Positions 27,198 to 41,347 of a stretch of 64,000 nucleotides of DNA are shown piece after piece. The stretch lies in assembly GCA_964016885.1 (NCBI GenBank), contig OZ024742.1, forward strand, positions 320,416,001-320,480,000. The letters are read 5' to 3'. A program made the translations under genes and the position numbers. Position 1 is the first letter of the stretch. Each line of letters opens with the position of its first letter. Source of the stretch: Eledone cirrhosa (Eukaryota). The notes under the pieces are model-generated. The model searched no databases. It was not told the origin of the DNA and saw only the letters and a program-made list of their open reading frames with translations.

Positions 27198-27600
27198 TAT
27201 ATATATATATATAAAATATATATATATATATAAAATATATATATATATATAAAATATATATATATATATATATAAAATATATATATATATATATATAAAA
27301 TATATATATATATATATATATAAAATATATATATATATATAAAATATATATATATATATATAAAATATATATATATATATATAAAATATATATATATATA
27401 TATATAAAATACATATATATATATATATATAAAATATATATATATATATATAAAATATATATATATAAAATATATATATATAAAATATATATATAAAATA
27501 TATATATATATATATATATAAAATATATATATATAAAATATATATATATATATATATAAAATATATATATATATAAAATATATATATATATATATATAAA

Positions 27601-27632
<32 letters not shown>

Positions 27633-27747
27633 TATATATATATAAAATATATATATATATATATAAAATATATATATATATATATATAAAATATATATAT
27701 ATATATAAAATATATATATATATATATAAAATATATATATATATATA

Positions 27748-28216
27748 CAATATTAAATAAATGGAAAACTATATTTATAAAACCATATTTATTTCATTAT
27801 ATATATTTCGGGGATATCATATTAACAATATGCTATGCCTTCATCAGACAAAATACAATATAAACAGTTTTATAGATAAATATATTCGACTTACCGTAAT
27901 AAACATCAACTTCATTTGAAGAGGTTTACGCTAGCAGTAATAAACATCAACTTCAAATGAAGTTGATGTTTATTACGGTATGTCGAATATATTTATCTAT
28001 AAAACTGTTTATATTGTATTTTGTCTGATGAAGGCATAGCATATTGTTAATATGATATCCCCGAAATATATATAATGAAATAAATATGGTTTTATAAATA
28101 TAGTTTTCCATTTATTTAATATTGTAAATATACTCCAAATATTTGTCGAGTGCTTTTATATCAGTTATAAATATTTACTAGTTGTAACCCAACAATTTTA
28201 AATATAACTTTACATG
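27748..28216 (+). mobile_element. Palindromic hammerhead element H1, copy 2 (identical by eye to copy 1, offset 1109 bp)
   Basis: Hammerheads at 28017-28082 (+) and 27790-27855 (-). Confidence 0.85.
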
Positions 28217-28543
28217 TATATATATATATATATAAAATATATATATATATATATATATAAAATATATATATATAAAATATATATATATATATATATATAA
28301 AATATATATATATATATATATAAAATATATATATATATATATATAAAATATATATATATATATATATAAAATACATATATATATATATATATAAAATATA
28401 TATATATATATATAAAATATATATATATAAAATATATATATATAAAATATATATATAAAATATATATATATAAAATATATATATATAAAATATATATATA
28501 AAACATATATATATATATATAAAATATATATATATATATATAT

Positions 28544-28584
<41 letters not shown>

Positions 28585-28763
28585 TATATATATATAAAAT
28601 ATATATATATATATATATAAAATATATATATATATATATATAAAATATATATATATATATATAAAATATATATCTATATATAAAATATATATTTATATAT
28701 ATAAAATATATATATATATATATAATATATATATATATATATAAAATATATATATATATATAT

Positions 28764-28822
<59 letters not shown>

Positions 28823-28824
<2 letters not shown>

Positions 28825-29126
28825 AGGCACATGGCTTAGTGGTTAGAGCATCGGCCTGGCAATCGAAAGGTTGTGAGTTCAATTCTCAGACCGGGTGATG
28901 TGTTGTTTCCTTGAGCAAGACACTTTATTTCACATTGCTCCAGTTTACTCAGCTGTAGAAATGAGATTTGCAAAGTGGTTGTGGAGGTGCCACGGCAAAA
29001 AAGCACCCAGCACTCACTGTAAATGAGGTTGGTGTTAGGAAGGGCATCCAGCTGTAGAAATCAAGCCAGAATCAGTTCCCGTCCCACCCTTGCAAGCAGG
29101 GAAAAGTGGACATAAAATGAAATGAT
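28823..29126 (+). mobile_element. Composite SINE: tRNA head/core + RTE-A UTR module + RTE-C 3' tail
   Basis: A box tggcttagtgg and B box gagttcaattc. The middle matches the RTE-A 3' UTR; the end cccgtcccacccttgcaagcagggaaaag matches the RTE-C terminus. Confidence 0.88.
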
Positions 29127-29278
29127 ATAAAATATATATATATATATATAAAATATATATATATATATATATATAAAATATATATATATATATAAAAAAT
29201 ATATATATATATATAAAATATATATATATATATATAAAATATATATATATATATAAAATATATATATATATATATAAA

Positions 29279-29310
<32 letters not shown>

Positions 29311-29408
29311 TATATATATAAAATATATATATATATATATATAAAATATATATATATATATAAAATATATATATATATATATAATATATATATATATATA
29401 TAAAATAT

Positions 29409-29444
<36 letters not shown>

Positions 29445-29645
29445 AAATACATATATATATATATATAAAATATATATATATATATATATAAAATATATAT
29501 ATATATATATAAAATATATATATATATATATAAAATATATATATATATATATATAAAATATATATATATATATTTATAAAATATATATATATATATATAT
29601 AAAATATATATATATATATATAAAATATATATATATAAAATATAT

Positions 29646-29677
<32 letters not shown>

Positions 29678-29721
29678 AAATATATATATATATATATAAA
29701 ATATATATATATATATATAAA

Positions 29722-29755
<34 letters not shown>

Positions 29756-29827
29756 TATATATAAAATATATATATATATATATATAAAATATATATATAT
29801 ATATATATAAAATATATATATATATAT

Positions 29828-32800
29828 CATCATCATCATCATCATCATTTTACGTCCGCTTTTCCCTGCTTGCAAGGGTGGGACGGGTCTTATTCAGCAC
29901 AGCATCTCTCCGCTCGTCACGGTCCCTCGTCATCTCCACCGTGAGCTTCAATGATCTGAGGTCTGTTCTCACCACCTCCGCCCATGTTTTTCGTGGTCTA
30001 CCTCTACCACGTCTTCCTTCAACTGGCATTTCCTGGCACTTCTTCACCCATCGGTCATCCTCCATGCGCATCACATGTCCATACCACCTCAGTCTCCTCT
30101 CCCGTATTCTACATTCTATCCCTCTCAGACACAGTTTCTCTCTCAACACATTTATGCTGGGTCGTTCACGCACATTTACACTGCACATCCAACGGAGCAT
30201 GCTTGCCTCATTTCTCTCCAGCCGTCGCATATCCTCTGCGGTTGCTGCCCATGTCTCACTACCATGCAGCATCGCGCTCCTCACACAGGCATCATACAAC
30301 CGGCCTTTCGTACGCAGGGAGAAACCCTTCTTCGTCAACAGAGGAAGCAGCTCCCTAAACTATTTCCAACCCGTCCTTATTCTAGATACTATGGCCTCGG
30401 AACACCCTCCTCCCATGCTAATCTGATCTCCTAGGTACCGGAAGCTATCCACCACTTCTATAGCGCCCTCTCGCATTTGAAATATGTGTCTATCAGTGCG
30501 ACTTCTACTGTCTAATTTCCCTGTACATCTACTGCATACATATTTCTCCCTACCTGTTAGTTTGCCTGCTATCCCGCTACATCTCTTGTGTACCCAGGAC
30601 CTGCATTGTGTGCATTTTATAGAATTTATGCCAGTTCCTTTTCTGCATATCGAACATGGCCATTTCCCTGACGGAATCAGGGGTTTGTCCTCTTTTCTAC
30701 TCATCAACACTTTTGTCTTAGCTAGATTTACTCTCAGTCCTCTTGCTTCCAACTGCTGTTTCCATAGCCGGAATTTATTCTCTAGCTCCTCTACTGATTC
30801 TGCCATAAGAGCCAGATCGTCAGCATAGAGAAGTTCCCATGGACAGCCAGTCTTAAACTCCTCTGTTATGGCTTGGAGGACTATAATGAACAAGAGCGGG
30901 CTGAGGACCGAACCCTGATGTACTCCTACTTGTATCTGGAATTCCTCACTAAACTCCATTCCTACCCTGACTTTACTGAGAGTACCTCTGTACAAATTTT
31001 TCACTGTCCTCACAAGCCATTCCTCAACACCCAGCTTCCTTAGGGACCACCAGATGACAGATCGGGGTACCCTATCAAAGGCCTTCTCTAGGTCAACAAA
31101 GGCTAAGTATAGTGACTTATTCTTCTCTAAGAACCTCTCTTGCATTTGTCTCACCAAGAAGAGGGCATCTGTTGTACTCTTCCCAGGCACAAAACCAAAC
31201 TGCATCTCATCTAGTTTGACCCTTTCTCTAATTAGTTGTGCTAAAATCCTTTCTGCCACTTTCATAACCTGATCTATCAGTTTTATACCCCTATAATTGC
31301 TCTTCTCCAAAGCATCCCCTTTACCTTTGTAGCAATTTATGAGAATACTGCTGCACCTGTCTTTGGGTATGACACCACCATATATAGCCTGATTGATGAT
31401 GCGTGCAACCAGTTTAGTGCCTACGTCCCCTGATGCCTTCAGCATCTCAGCAACTATTCCCGATGGTCCGGCCGCCTTACCATTTTTCATTTCCCTAATC
31501 GCCTCTTGGACCCTATATTCGTCAATCTCAATAGCTGGTCCCTCTGTCGGATCTACCAAGGGTAATTTCTCTCTCTCCCATTCGTTCTCCACATTCATCA
31601 GTCTCTCATAATGACATTTCCAGGCCTCCTTTTTCTGGTCATTCGTGACACTAAGTACACCGGCATCATCCCGGACACATTTATCTCCAACAACATCCTG
31701 ATTTGCATTGACACACTGCCTTGCAATGTGGAACACCGCACGCCTCTTATCTTCCCGTCGCAGAACATTGGCAAACCTCCTACTCTCTGCCTCCCTGCGT
31801 GCTAAGTACACCTGACGTCTAGCTTCTCTCTTAGTGACTGTATATTCTTCCCTACTCCCACCCTTTTTCCAAGCCTTCCATGCTAGTCTTTTGTCTCTAA
31901 TAGCCTTATCTACTGTGCTGTTCCACCACCAGGTCACTCTCTGTCTGGTTGGAGCTCTGCTCCAGCCACAGGTTTCATCAGTAGCCTGCAGCAAGTTGTC
32001 ACGTAAGAACTTCCAGTTATTATCTATGTCATACGTCTCTATAAACAATATGCCCCCCCCCCCCCCCCACCGCAAGGTGGTCGTGGAGGTGCCACGGCAA
32101 AAAAGCACCCAGCCCACACTGTAAAGTGGACGTGTAGGCGCCACGAAAAAGCACCCAGCACTCACTGTAAATGAGGTTGGTGTTAGGAAGGGCATCCAGC
32201 TGTAGAAATCAAGCCAGATCAGTTCCTGTATGAGCAAGGCATGGTCAGCCGACCAGACACTGCCCACAACAGGACAACCCGTCTAACCCATGCTAGCGTG
32301 GAAGAACGGACGTAAAACGGTGATGATGATGATGATGATGATACGTCTCTAAATCGTCTTCTTTTTCGTCATATACATCTTGAAGGGCTTTCCTAAATTT
32401 GAATTTTAGTGAAAGGTCTTTTAGCTTCCAGACCTTTCTTCTCCACACCTTCCTATATGTCTCATTCCATCTCTTGCTTACTGAGATATCACTAACAACT
32501 AACCTATGTTGTGGGGTACATTCTTCCCCAGGGTATGCCTTGGTATTAGACACTATCTGCCTGTCCCGCTGCCTAACTAGCAGGAAGTCAATCTGGCTTA
32601 TGTGCTCACCAGATTTGTAGGTTATTAGGTGATTGGCAGGTTTCTGGAAGTTTGTGTTGCAAATAGTCAATGTACCCGCATCACAAAATTCAAGAAGTCT
32701 CACTCCTTCTTCATTTCTTGAACCGTAACCGTGCCCACCATGTACCCCAGTGTAACCATCCTGGAGCTGTCCAACATGACCATTGAAGTCTCCTGCTAGC

Positions 32801-33421
32801 ATAACGATGTCTCCGTCCTCTGTCATTGTGGTTGTTTGCAAAAGTTGCTCATAAAAGCAGTCTTTCTCATCTTTGCCTAGGCCTGCTTGGGGAGCATAGG
32901 CCGAGATGATTGTCCGTAGTCTCCTACCTACAACTAATCTAAGCTTAATTATTCGATTACTAACTCGAACTACCTCTATTGTCTTATTGATCCATTTCTC
33001 AGCCAGGAAAATGCCTACTCCCCCTAACCCATCATCCTTACCTACCCAGAATAGCTTATAGCTAAGACGCTTGCCTACGACTAGTCTTGCAGAGGCACCT
33101 CTCCATCTCACCTCTTGCACGCAGCACACATCCACCTGCCTTCTCTCCAGCATCTCCGCTATTTCAGCAGATCTACCTCTGAGAGTGCCAACATTAAGTG
33201 TTGCAACTCTGAGATGCGACGTCTTCATATTTTTTTCGATACTGTTTTGTTGCTGTGCTGATAAGCTTTTTGGCATTGATACACTGGTTGGATGCCCTTC
33301 CTAACACCAGCGCCACTTTACAGCATGGACTGGGTGCTTTTATTTGTGCCACCAGCACTAGAGAGGATGTCTTACTAGACTCAAGTGCCCTCTCTACTTC
33401 TCCATTTTACAGCATGGTCAT
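29828..33421 (-). mobile_element. RTE family C LINE, essentially full length (5' UTR, EN-RT-PHD ORF at about 33276-29850), with one nonsense codon and one nested insertion
   Basis: ATLNVGTL, CVQEVRW, GDFNGHVG, LYADD, C4HC3 finger. In-frame TAG at 30360-30362; (CAT)n tail. Confidence 0.97.
32042..32340 (+). mobile_element. RTE-A 3' UTR fragment nested in RTE-C
   Basis: 11-bp TSD atacgtctcta at 32031-32041 and 32341-32351; (GAT)n tail. Confidence 0.95.
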
Positions 33422-33612
33422 TAAAAAAAAAAAAAAAAAAAAACTTATTGACACGACTCACACACCAATACTCATGCATACAAACCACAACCACACATAC
33501 CAACACTCATTCATGCATACAATCACACACACCACTCATATATATATATAAAAAATATATATATATATATATAATAAATAAATAACAAAGAACGCTTATA
33601 GCATATGCATAT

Positions 33613-33670
33613 CTTTACTTGCTAACATTGTTTCATCCGCACTATAAGTGGGACTCATCAGAGCATAAAG
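33613..33670 (-). ncRNA. Hammerhead ribozyme motif, family H3
   Basis: Minus strand: ctttatgct-CTGATGA-gtcc cac ttata gtg c ggat-GAAA-caatg-tt-agca ag taaag. Confidence 0.7.
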
Positions 33671-34228
33671 GTTAATTACATACCATACAGGCAATAACAA
33701 ATCCAAGACATTGAAGAATGAAAGGTAATAATAGACGATAGAGGATAAGAATAAAAATAAAAATAAAAGTAAAAATAAAAATAAAAATAAAAATAAGGGG
33801 TGCTATCAGTCACAGTTGGGCGGGGTGCTGTCAACATATAGTTACATACAAGCATACACATGGATAAGAGAACAGACAAGAGTAGACACATGGATAAGAG
33901 AACAGACAAGAGTAGATAAGATAATGGGATTAGGTAAGAGTAGGTAAAAAATAGGTAAAAAATAGGTGAAAAACAGACTTATAATATATATAAAAAGAAA
34001 TACAAAGAAATACATAACAAACTTACATATAAAATATAAAATATAGGGTAAGGAATGAGATAAAATAATATAAAATTAAAAATTAAAAATTATATACATA
34101 GAACATAATATAGTATAATCGTAAAATAAGATAAAATAAGGTAAACTAAAATCAAATAACATAGACTAAATTAAAATAATATAATATAAGATATAATTAA
34201 ATGTATAATTAAATGTAATTAAATGTAA

Positions 34229-34260
<32 letters not shown>

Positions 34261-34335
34261 AAATTAAATAAATAAATAAAATTTAAATTTAAATTTTAAA
34301 ATTTTTAAATTAAAATTCAAATTTTAAATTTAAAT

Positions 34336-34371
<36 letters not shown>

Positions 34372-35554
34372 ATGGAGTCAAGTAAGTAAATAAATAAAAT
34401 TAGATAACATGAAATGAAATAAAATAAAATGAAATAAAGTAAATTGAGATAAGATATATATTTTTTTAGAATATATCTCTTGAATATATCAGGGGCCCAC
34501 GAAGGCACTAAATGTCACAGTTATGTGTATCACTTGACCAATTTTTTAAAATATATTTCTTGAAAACATCAGGGGCCCACGAAGGCACTAAGTGTCACAG
34601 TCACCAGTATCACTTGACCATTGCAAGGCAATGGAGGCGTCCCAGGTTGGGCAGTCTCGAAAGTTCACTCGAAAGTCATGGGTGTGCATTCACACAGTTG
34701 AGCGGTGGGGTAATCACAAACCGGTTCACACACGGGCAGGAGTCAAATGGTCAGAGAGAGGTGCATCGAAGGAGGTAGAAGAATTCACATGCATTAGCAA
34801 GCGAGGTGAGGTTAAAGCAAGCAGACACAGTTGTAGCGCATACAAAATATATATAAAAAGACAGAAGATATATAAAAAAAATAGCTTCAAGAGCCATTAA
34901 GTCACCGCATTGGGACATCACAAGATTGTACACATCAATATGTTCAGCACGTATATGCACGTATACACACCACATGCATATGCAGAGACGGTATACATAT
35001 ATATATATATATATATTTTTTTTTTTTTATATATACACAGACACATATAACCACCTACACCCATACACATATAAATGTATACACGGACACACACGCACAC
35101 ACACACATATATATATATATATAAAATATATATATATATATAAAATATATATATATATATATAAAATATATATATATATATAAAATATATATATATATAT
35201 ATAAAATATATATATATATATAAAATATATATATATATATATAAAATATATATATATATATATAAAATATATATCTATATATAAAATATATATATATGTA
35301 TATATAATATATATATATATATATAAAATATATATATATATATAAAATATATATATATATATAAAATATATATATATATATAATATATATATATATATAT
35401 AATATATATATATATATATAAAATATATATATATATATAAAATATATATATATATATAAAATATATATATATAAAATATATATATAAAATGTATATATAT
35501 ATATATATAAAATATATATATATATATATATAAAATATATATATATATATATAT

Positions 35555-35597
<43 letters not shown>

Positions 35598-35619
35598 TAT
35601 ATATATATAAAATATATAT

Positions 35620-35651
<32 letters not shown>

Positions 35652-35696
35652 AAATATATATCTATATATAAATATATATATATATAAAATATATAT

Positions 35697-35797
<101 letters not shown>

Positions 35798-35955
35798 TAT
35801 ATATATATAAAATATATATATATATATATATATAAAATATATATATATATATATATAAAATATATATATATATATATAAAATATATATATATATATATAT
35901 AAAATATATATATATATATATATAAAATATATATATATATATAAAATATATATAT

Positions 35956-35987
<32 letters not shown>

Positions 35988-36104
35988 AAATATATATATT
36001 TATATATATAAAATATATATATATATATATAAAATATATAAAATATATAAAATATATATATATATACATAAAATATATATATATATAAAATATATATATA
36101 TAAA

Positions 36105-36138
<34 letters not shown>

Positions 36139-36158
36139 TATATATATAGAATATATAT

Positions 36159-36190
<32 letters not shown>

Positions 36191-36233
36191 AAATATATAT
36201 ATATATATAAAATATATATATATATATATATAA

Positions 36234-36280
<47 letters not shown>

Positions 36281-36338
36281 TATATATATATAAAATATAT
36301 ATATATATATATATCAAATATATATATATATATATATA

Positions 36339-36540
36339 CGATATTAAATAAATGGAAACTATATTTATAAAACCATATTTATTTCATTATATATATTTCA
36401 GGGATATCATATTAACAATATGTTATGCCTTCTTCAGACAAAATACAATATAGACAGTTTTATAGATAAATAGATTTGACATACCGTTCAACATCGACTT
36501 GTATTTGAAAAAGTTGATTTGGCAGTGAAAAATTGTAAAC

Positions 36541-36571
<31 letters not shown>

Positions 36572-38285
36572 AGGAAAGAAAGGAAGAAAACGTAGAAAAA
36601 GAAGAAAAAGAAGAAATGCATGCAACAAAATAGAGAGATGGAAAGATAGATAAAGAGAAGAACTTCATGTAAAGAAACAGAGAGAGATATATAGAGAGAG
36701 GAAATAGATAGAGATAGATATATATAGAGAAAAGTAGGTAGTTGAACGACGTATCAATGATACATTTATTTATTTAGCTCTAGTATTAATGTAAGGGAGA
36801 TATAAGTGGTTAGGAAAGAAACCAGCCGTTATATAGAGAGAAAAATGAAAAGTAACCAGACATAGGCGAGGCTGAATTTAAAAACCCTATGTTTTAATGT
36901 AGAAATATTAGTTCGTATAAAAACCAGGCACTATAATGTAAATATCAGTATTCCTGAATGAGACACGTATCTATAATGTGTGAAAAGTAATGATCTTATG
37001 TCTAGTTTTAAAAATTCATATGTTTATATGATAACTACAAACATCGATGTGAATTTACGTGATCAACTCTGCAAACCCCTATTTCACACGGAGAACATTC
37101 TCATTGTGCTATAAAAATTTAAATATACATATATGTGTATATATACACATATATATAGAGTCTATATTAATTTTAACAATACTATTCTTGTCTTTACTCT
37201 ACATGATTATGTATCAAGCAGAAATAGAGGACAGATTTCAATATATTAATAAAAATATCAGAAACAAAAACAAAAAATAATAATAATAATAATAATAATA
37301 AACAAATAAATAAAATAGAAAACTATAGATAGAAACTAAAGACAAGAATAGTATTGTTAAAATTAATATAGACTCTATATATATGTGTATATATACACAT
37401 ATATGTATACTTAAATTTTTATAGCACAATGAGAATGTTCTCCGTGTGAAATAGGGGTTTGCAGAGTTGATCACGTAAATTCACATCGATGTTTGTAGTT
37501 ATCATATAAACATATGAATTTTTAAAACTAGACATAAGATCATTACTTTTCACACATTATAGATACGTGTCTCATTCAGGAATACTGATATTTACATTAT
37601 AGTGCCTGGTTTTTATACGAACTAATATTTCTACATTAAAACATAGGGTTTTTAAATTCAGCCTCGCCTATGTCTGGTTACTTTTCATTTTTCTCTCTAT
37701 ATAACGGCTGGTTTCTTTCCTAACCACTTATATCTCCCTTACATTAATACTAGAGCTAAATAAATAAATAAATAAATGTATCATTGATACGTCGTTCAAC
37801 TACCTACTTTTCTCTATATATATCTATCTCTATCTATTTCCTCTCTCTATATATCTCTCTCTGTTTCTTTACATGAAGTTCTTCTCTTTATCTATCTTTC
37901 CATCTCTCTATTTTGTTGCATGCATTTCTTCTTTTTCTTCTTTTTCTTCGTTTTCTTCCTTTCTTTCCTTCTTTCTTTCTTTCTTTCTTTCTGTTTACAA
38001 TTTTTCACTGCCAAATCAACTTTTTCAAATACAAGTCGATGTTGAACGGTATGTCAAATCTATTTATCTATAAAACTGTCTATATTGTATTTTGTCTGAA
38101 GAAGGCATAACATATTGTTAATATGATATCCCTGAAATATATATAATGAAATAAATATGGTTTTATAAATATAGTTTCCATTTATTTAATATCGTAAATA
38201 TACTCCAAATACTTGTTGAGTGCTTTTATATCAGTTATAAATATTTACTAGTTGTAACCCAACAATTTAAATATAACTTTCCATG
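36339..38285 (+). mobile_element. Long palindromic hammerhead element H1, copy 3 (about 860-bp arms)
   Basis: Arms 36339-37196 and 37337-38195, ~140-nt spacer, ~90-nt 3' tail. Hammerheads at 38088-38153 (+; CTGAAGA..tGAAA) and 36380-36445 (-). Confidence 0.9.
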
Positions 38286-38775
38286 TATATATATATATAT
38301 ATATAAAATATATATATATATATATATAAAATATATATATATATATAAAATATATATATATATATATAAAATATATATATATATATATAAAATATATATC
38401 TATATATAAAATATATATATATATAAAATATATATATATATATATAATATATATATATAAAATATATATATATATATAAAATATATATATATATATATAA
38501 TATATATATATATATATAAAATATATATATATATATATGATATATATATATATATATATATAAAATATATATATATATATATATGAAATATATATATAAA
38601 ATATATATATATATATATATAAAATATATATATATAAAATGTATATATAAAATGTATATATATATATAAAATATATATATATATATATAAAATATATATC
38701 TATATATAAAATATATATATATATAAAATATATATATATATATATAATATATATATATATATATAAAATATATAT

Positions 38776-38809
<34 letters not shown>

Positions 38810-38819
38810 AAATATATAT

Positions 38820-38854
<35 letters not shown>

Positions 38855-38858
38855 AAAT

Positions 38859-38934
<76 letters not shown>

Positions 38935-39226
38935 TATATATAAAATAAATATATATATATATAAAATATATATATATATATAAAATATATATATATATAT
39001 ATATAAAATATATATATATATATAAAAATATATATATATATAAAATATATATATATATATATAAAATATATATATATATAAAATATATATATATATATAT
39101 ATAAAATATATATATATATAAAATATATATATATATATATATATAAAATATATATATATATATATATATAAAATATATATATATATAAAATATATATATA
39201 TATATATATAAAATATATATATATAT

Positions 39227-39265
<39 letters not shown>

Positions 39266-39281
39266 TATATATAAAATATAT

Positions 39282-39324
<43 letters not shown>

Positions 39325-39451
39325 TATATATATATAAAATATATATATATATATATAAAATATATATATATAAAATATATATATATATATATAAAATATA
39401 TATATATATATATATAAAATATATATATATATATATATAAAATATATATAT

Positions 39452-39523
<72 letters not shown>

Positions 39524-39585
39524 TATTATATATATATATTTTATATATATATATATTTATTTTATATATATATATATATTTATTT

Positions 39586-39617
<32 letters not shown>

Positions 39618-39656
39618 ATATATATATTTATTTTATATATATATATATATTTATTT

Positions 39657-39702
<46 letters not shown>

Positions 39703-39824
39703 TTTTTATATATATATATATTATATATATATTTTATATATATATATTATATATATATATATATATATATTTTATATATATATTTATATATTATATATAT
39801 ATATATATATATATTTTATATATA

Positions 39825-39860
<36 letters not shown>

Positions 39861-39978
39861 ATATATATATATATTATATATATATTTGATATATATATAT
39901 TATATATATATATATATATATTTTATATATATATATATATTATGTATATATATATATTATATATATATATATATATTT

Positions 39979-40012
<34 letters not shown>

Positions 40013-40013
40013 A

Positions 40014-40434
40014 CAATATTAAATAAATGGAAAACTATATTTATAAACCATATTTATTTCATTATATATATTTCGGGGATATCATATTAACAATATGCTA
40101 TGCCTTCATCAGACAAAATACAATATAAACAGTTTTATAGATAAATATATTCGACATACAAAATGAAGTTGATGTTTATTACGGTATGTCGAATATATTT
40201 ATCTATAAAACTGTTTATATTGTATTTTGTCTGATGAAGGCATAGCATATTGTTAATATGATATCCCCGAAATATATATAATGAAATAAATATGGTTTTA
40301 TAAATATAGTTTTCCATTTATTTAATATTGTATTTAATATTGTAAATATACTCCAAGTATTTGTCGAGTGCTTTTATATCAGTTATAAATATTTACTAGT
40401 TGTAACCCAACAATTTTAAATATAACTTTACATG
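40014..40434 (+). mobile_element. Palindromic hammerhead element H1, copy 4
   Basis: Same left end and tail as copies 1-3 but a different inversion junction. Hammerhead at 40223-40288 (+), with an inverted copy at about 40055-40120. Confidence 0.85.
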
Positions 40435-40525
40435 TATTATATATATATATATATTTTATATATTATATATATATATATATTATATATATATATATATTTT
40501 ATATATTATATATATATATATATTT

Positions 40526-40559
<34 letters not shown>

Positions 40560-40662
40560 ATACATATTTATATATATATATATTTTATATATATATATAT
40601 ATATATATTTTATATATATATATATATATTTTATATATATATATATATATATATTTTATATA

Positions 40663-40694
<32 letters not shown>

Positions 40695-40732
40695 TTTATA
40701 TATATATGTTATATATATATATATATATATTT

Positions 40733-40809
<77 letters not shown>

Positions 40810-40895
40810 TTTATATATATATATATATTATATATATACATTTCATATATATATATATATATTTTATATATATATATATACATTTTATATATATA

Positions 40896-40935
<40 letters not shown>

Positions 40936-40941
40936 TATATA

Positions 40942-41026
<85 letters not shown>

Positions 41027-41072
41027 TATATATATATTTTATATATATATATATATATTATATATATATATA

Positions 41073-41112
<40 letters not shown>

Positions 41113-41118
41113 TATATA

Positions 41119-41184
<66 letters not shown>

Positions 41185-41187
41185 ATA

Positions 41188-41244
<57 letters not shown>

Positions 41245-41347
41245 ATATATATTTTATATATATATATATATAAAATATATATATATATTTTATATATATA
41301 TATATATTTTATATATATATATATACATTTTATATATATATATATAT

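Noticed and set aside
28823-28895. tRNA gene
   Set aside because: A/B boxes are present but there is no acceptor stem, and it continues into a SINE body.
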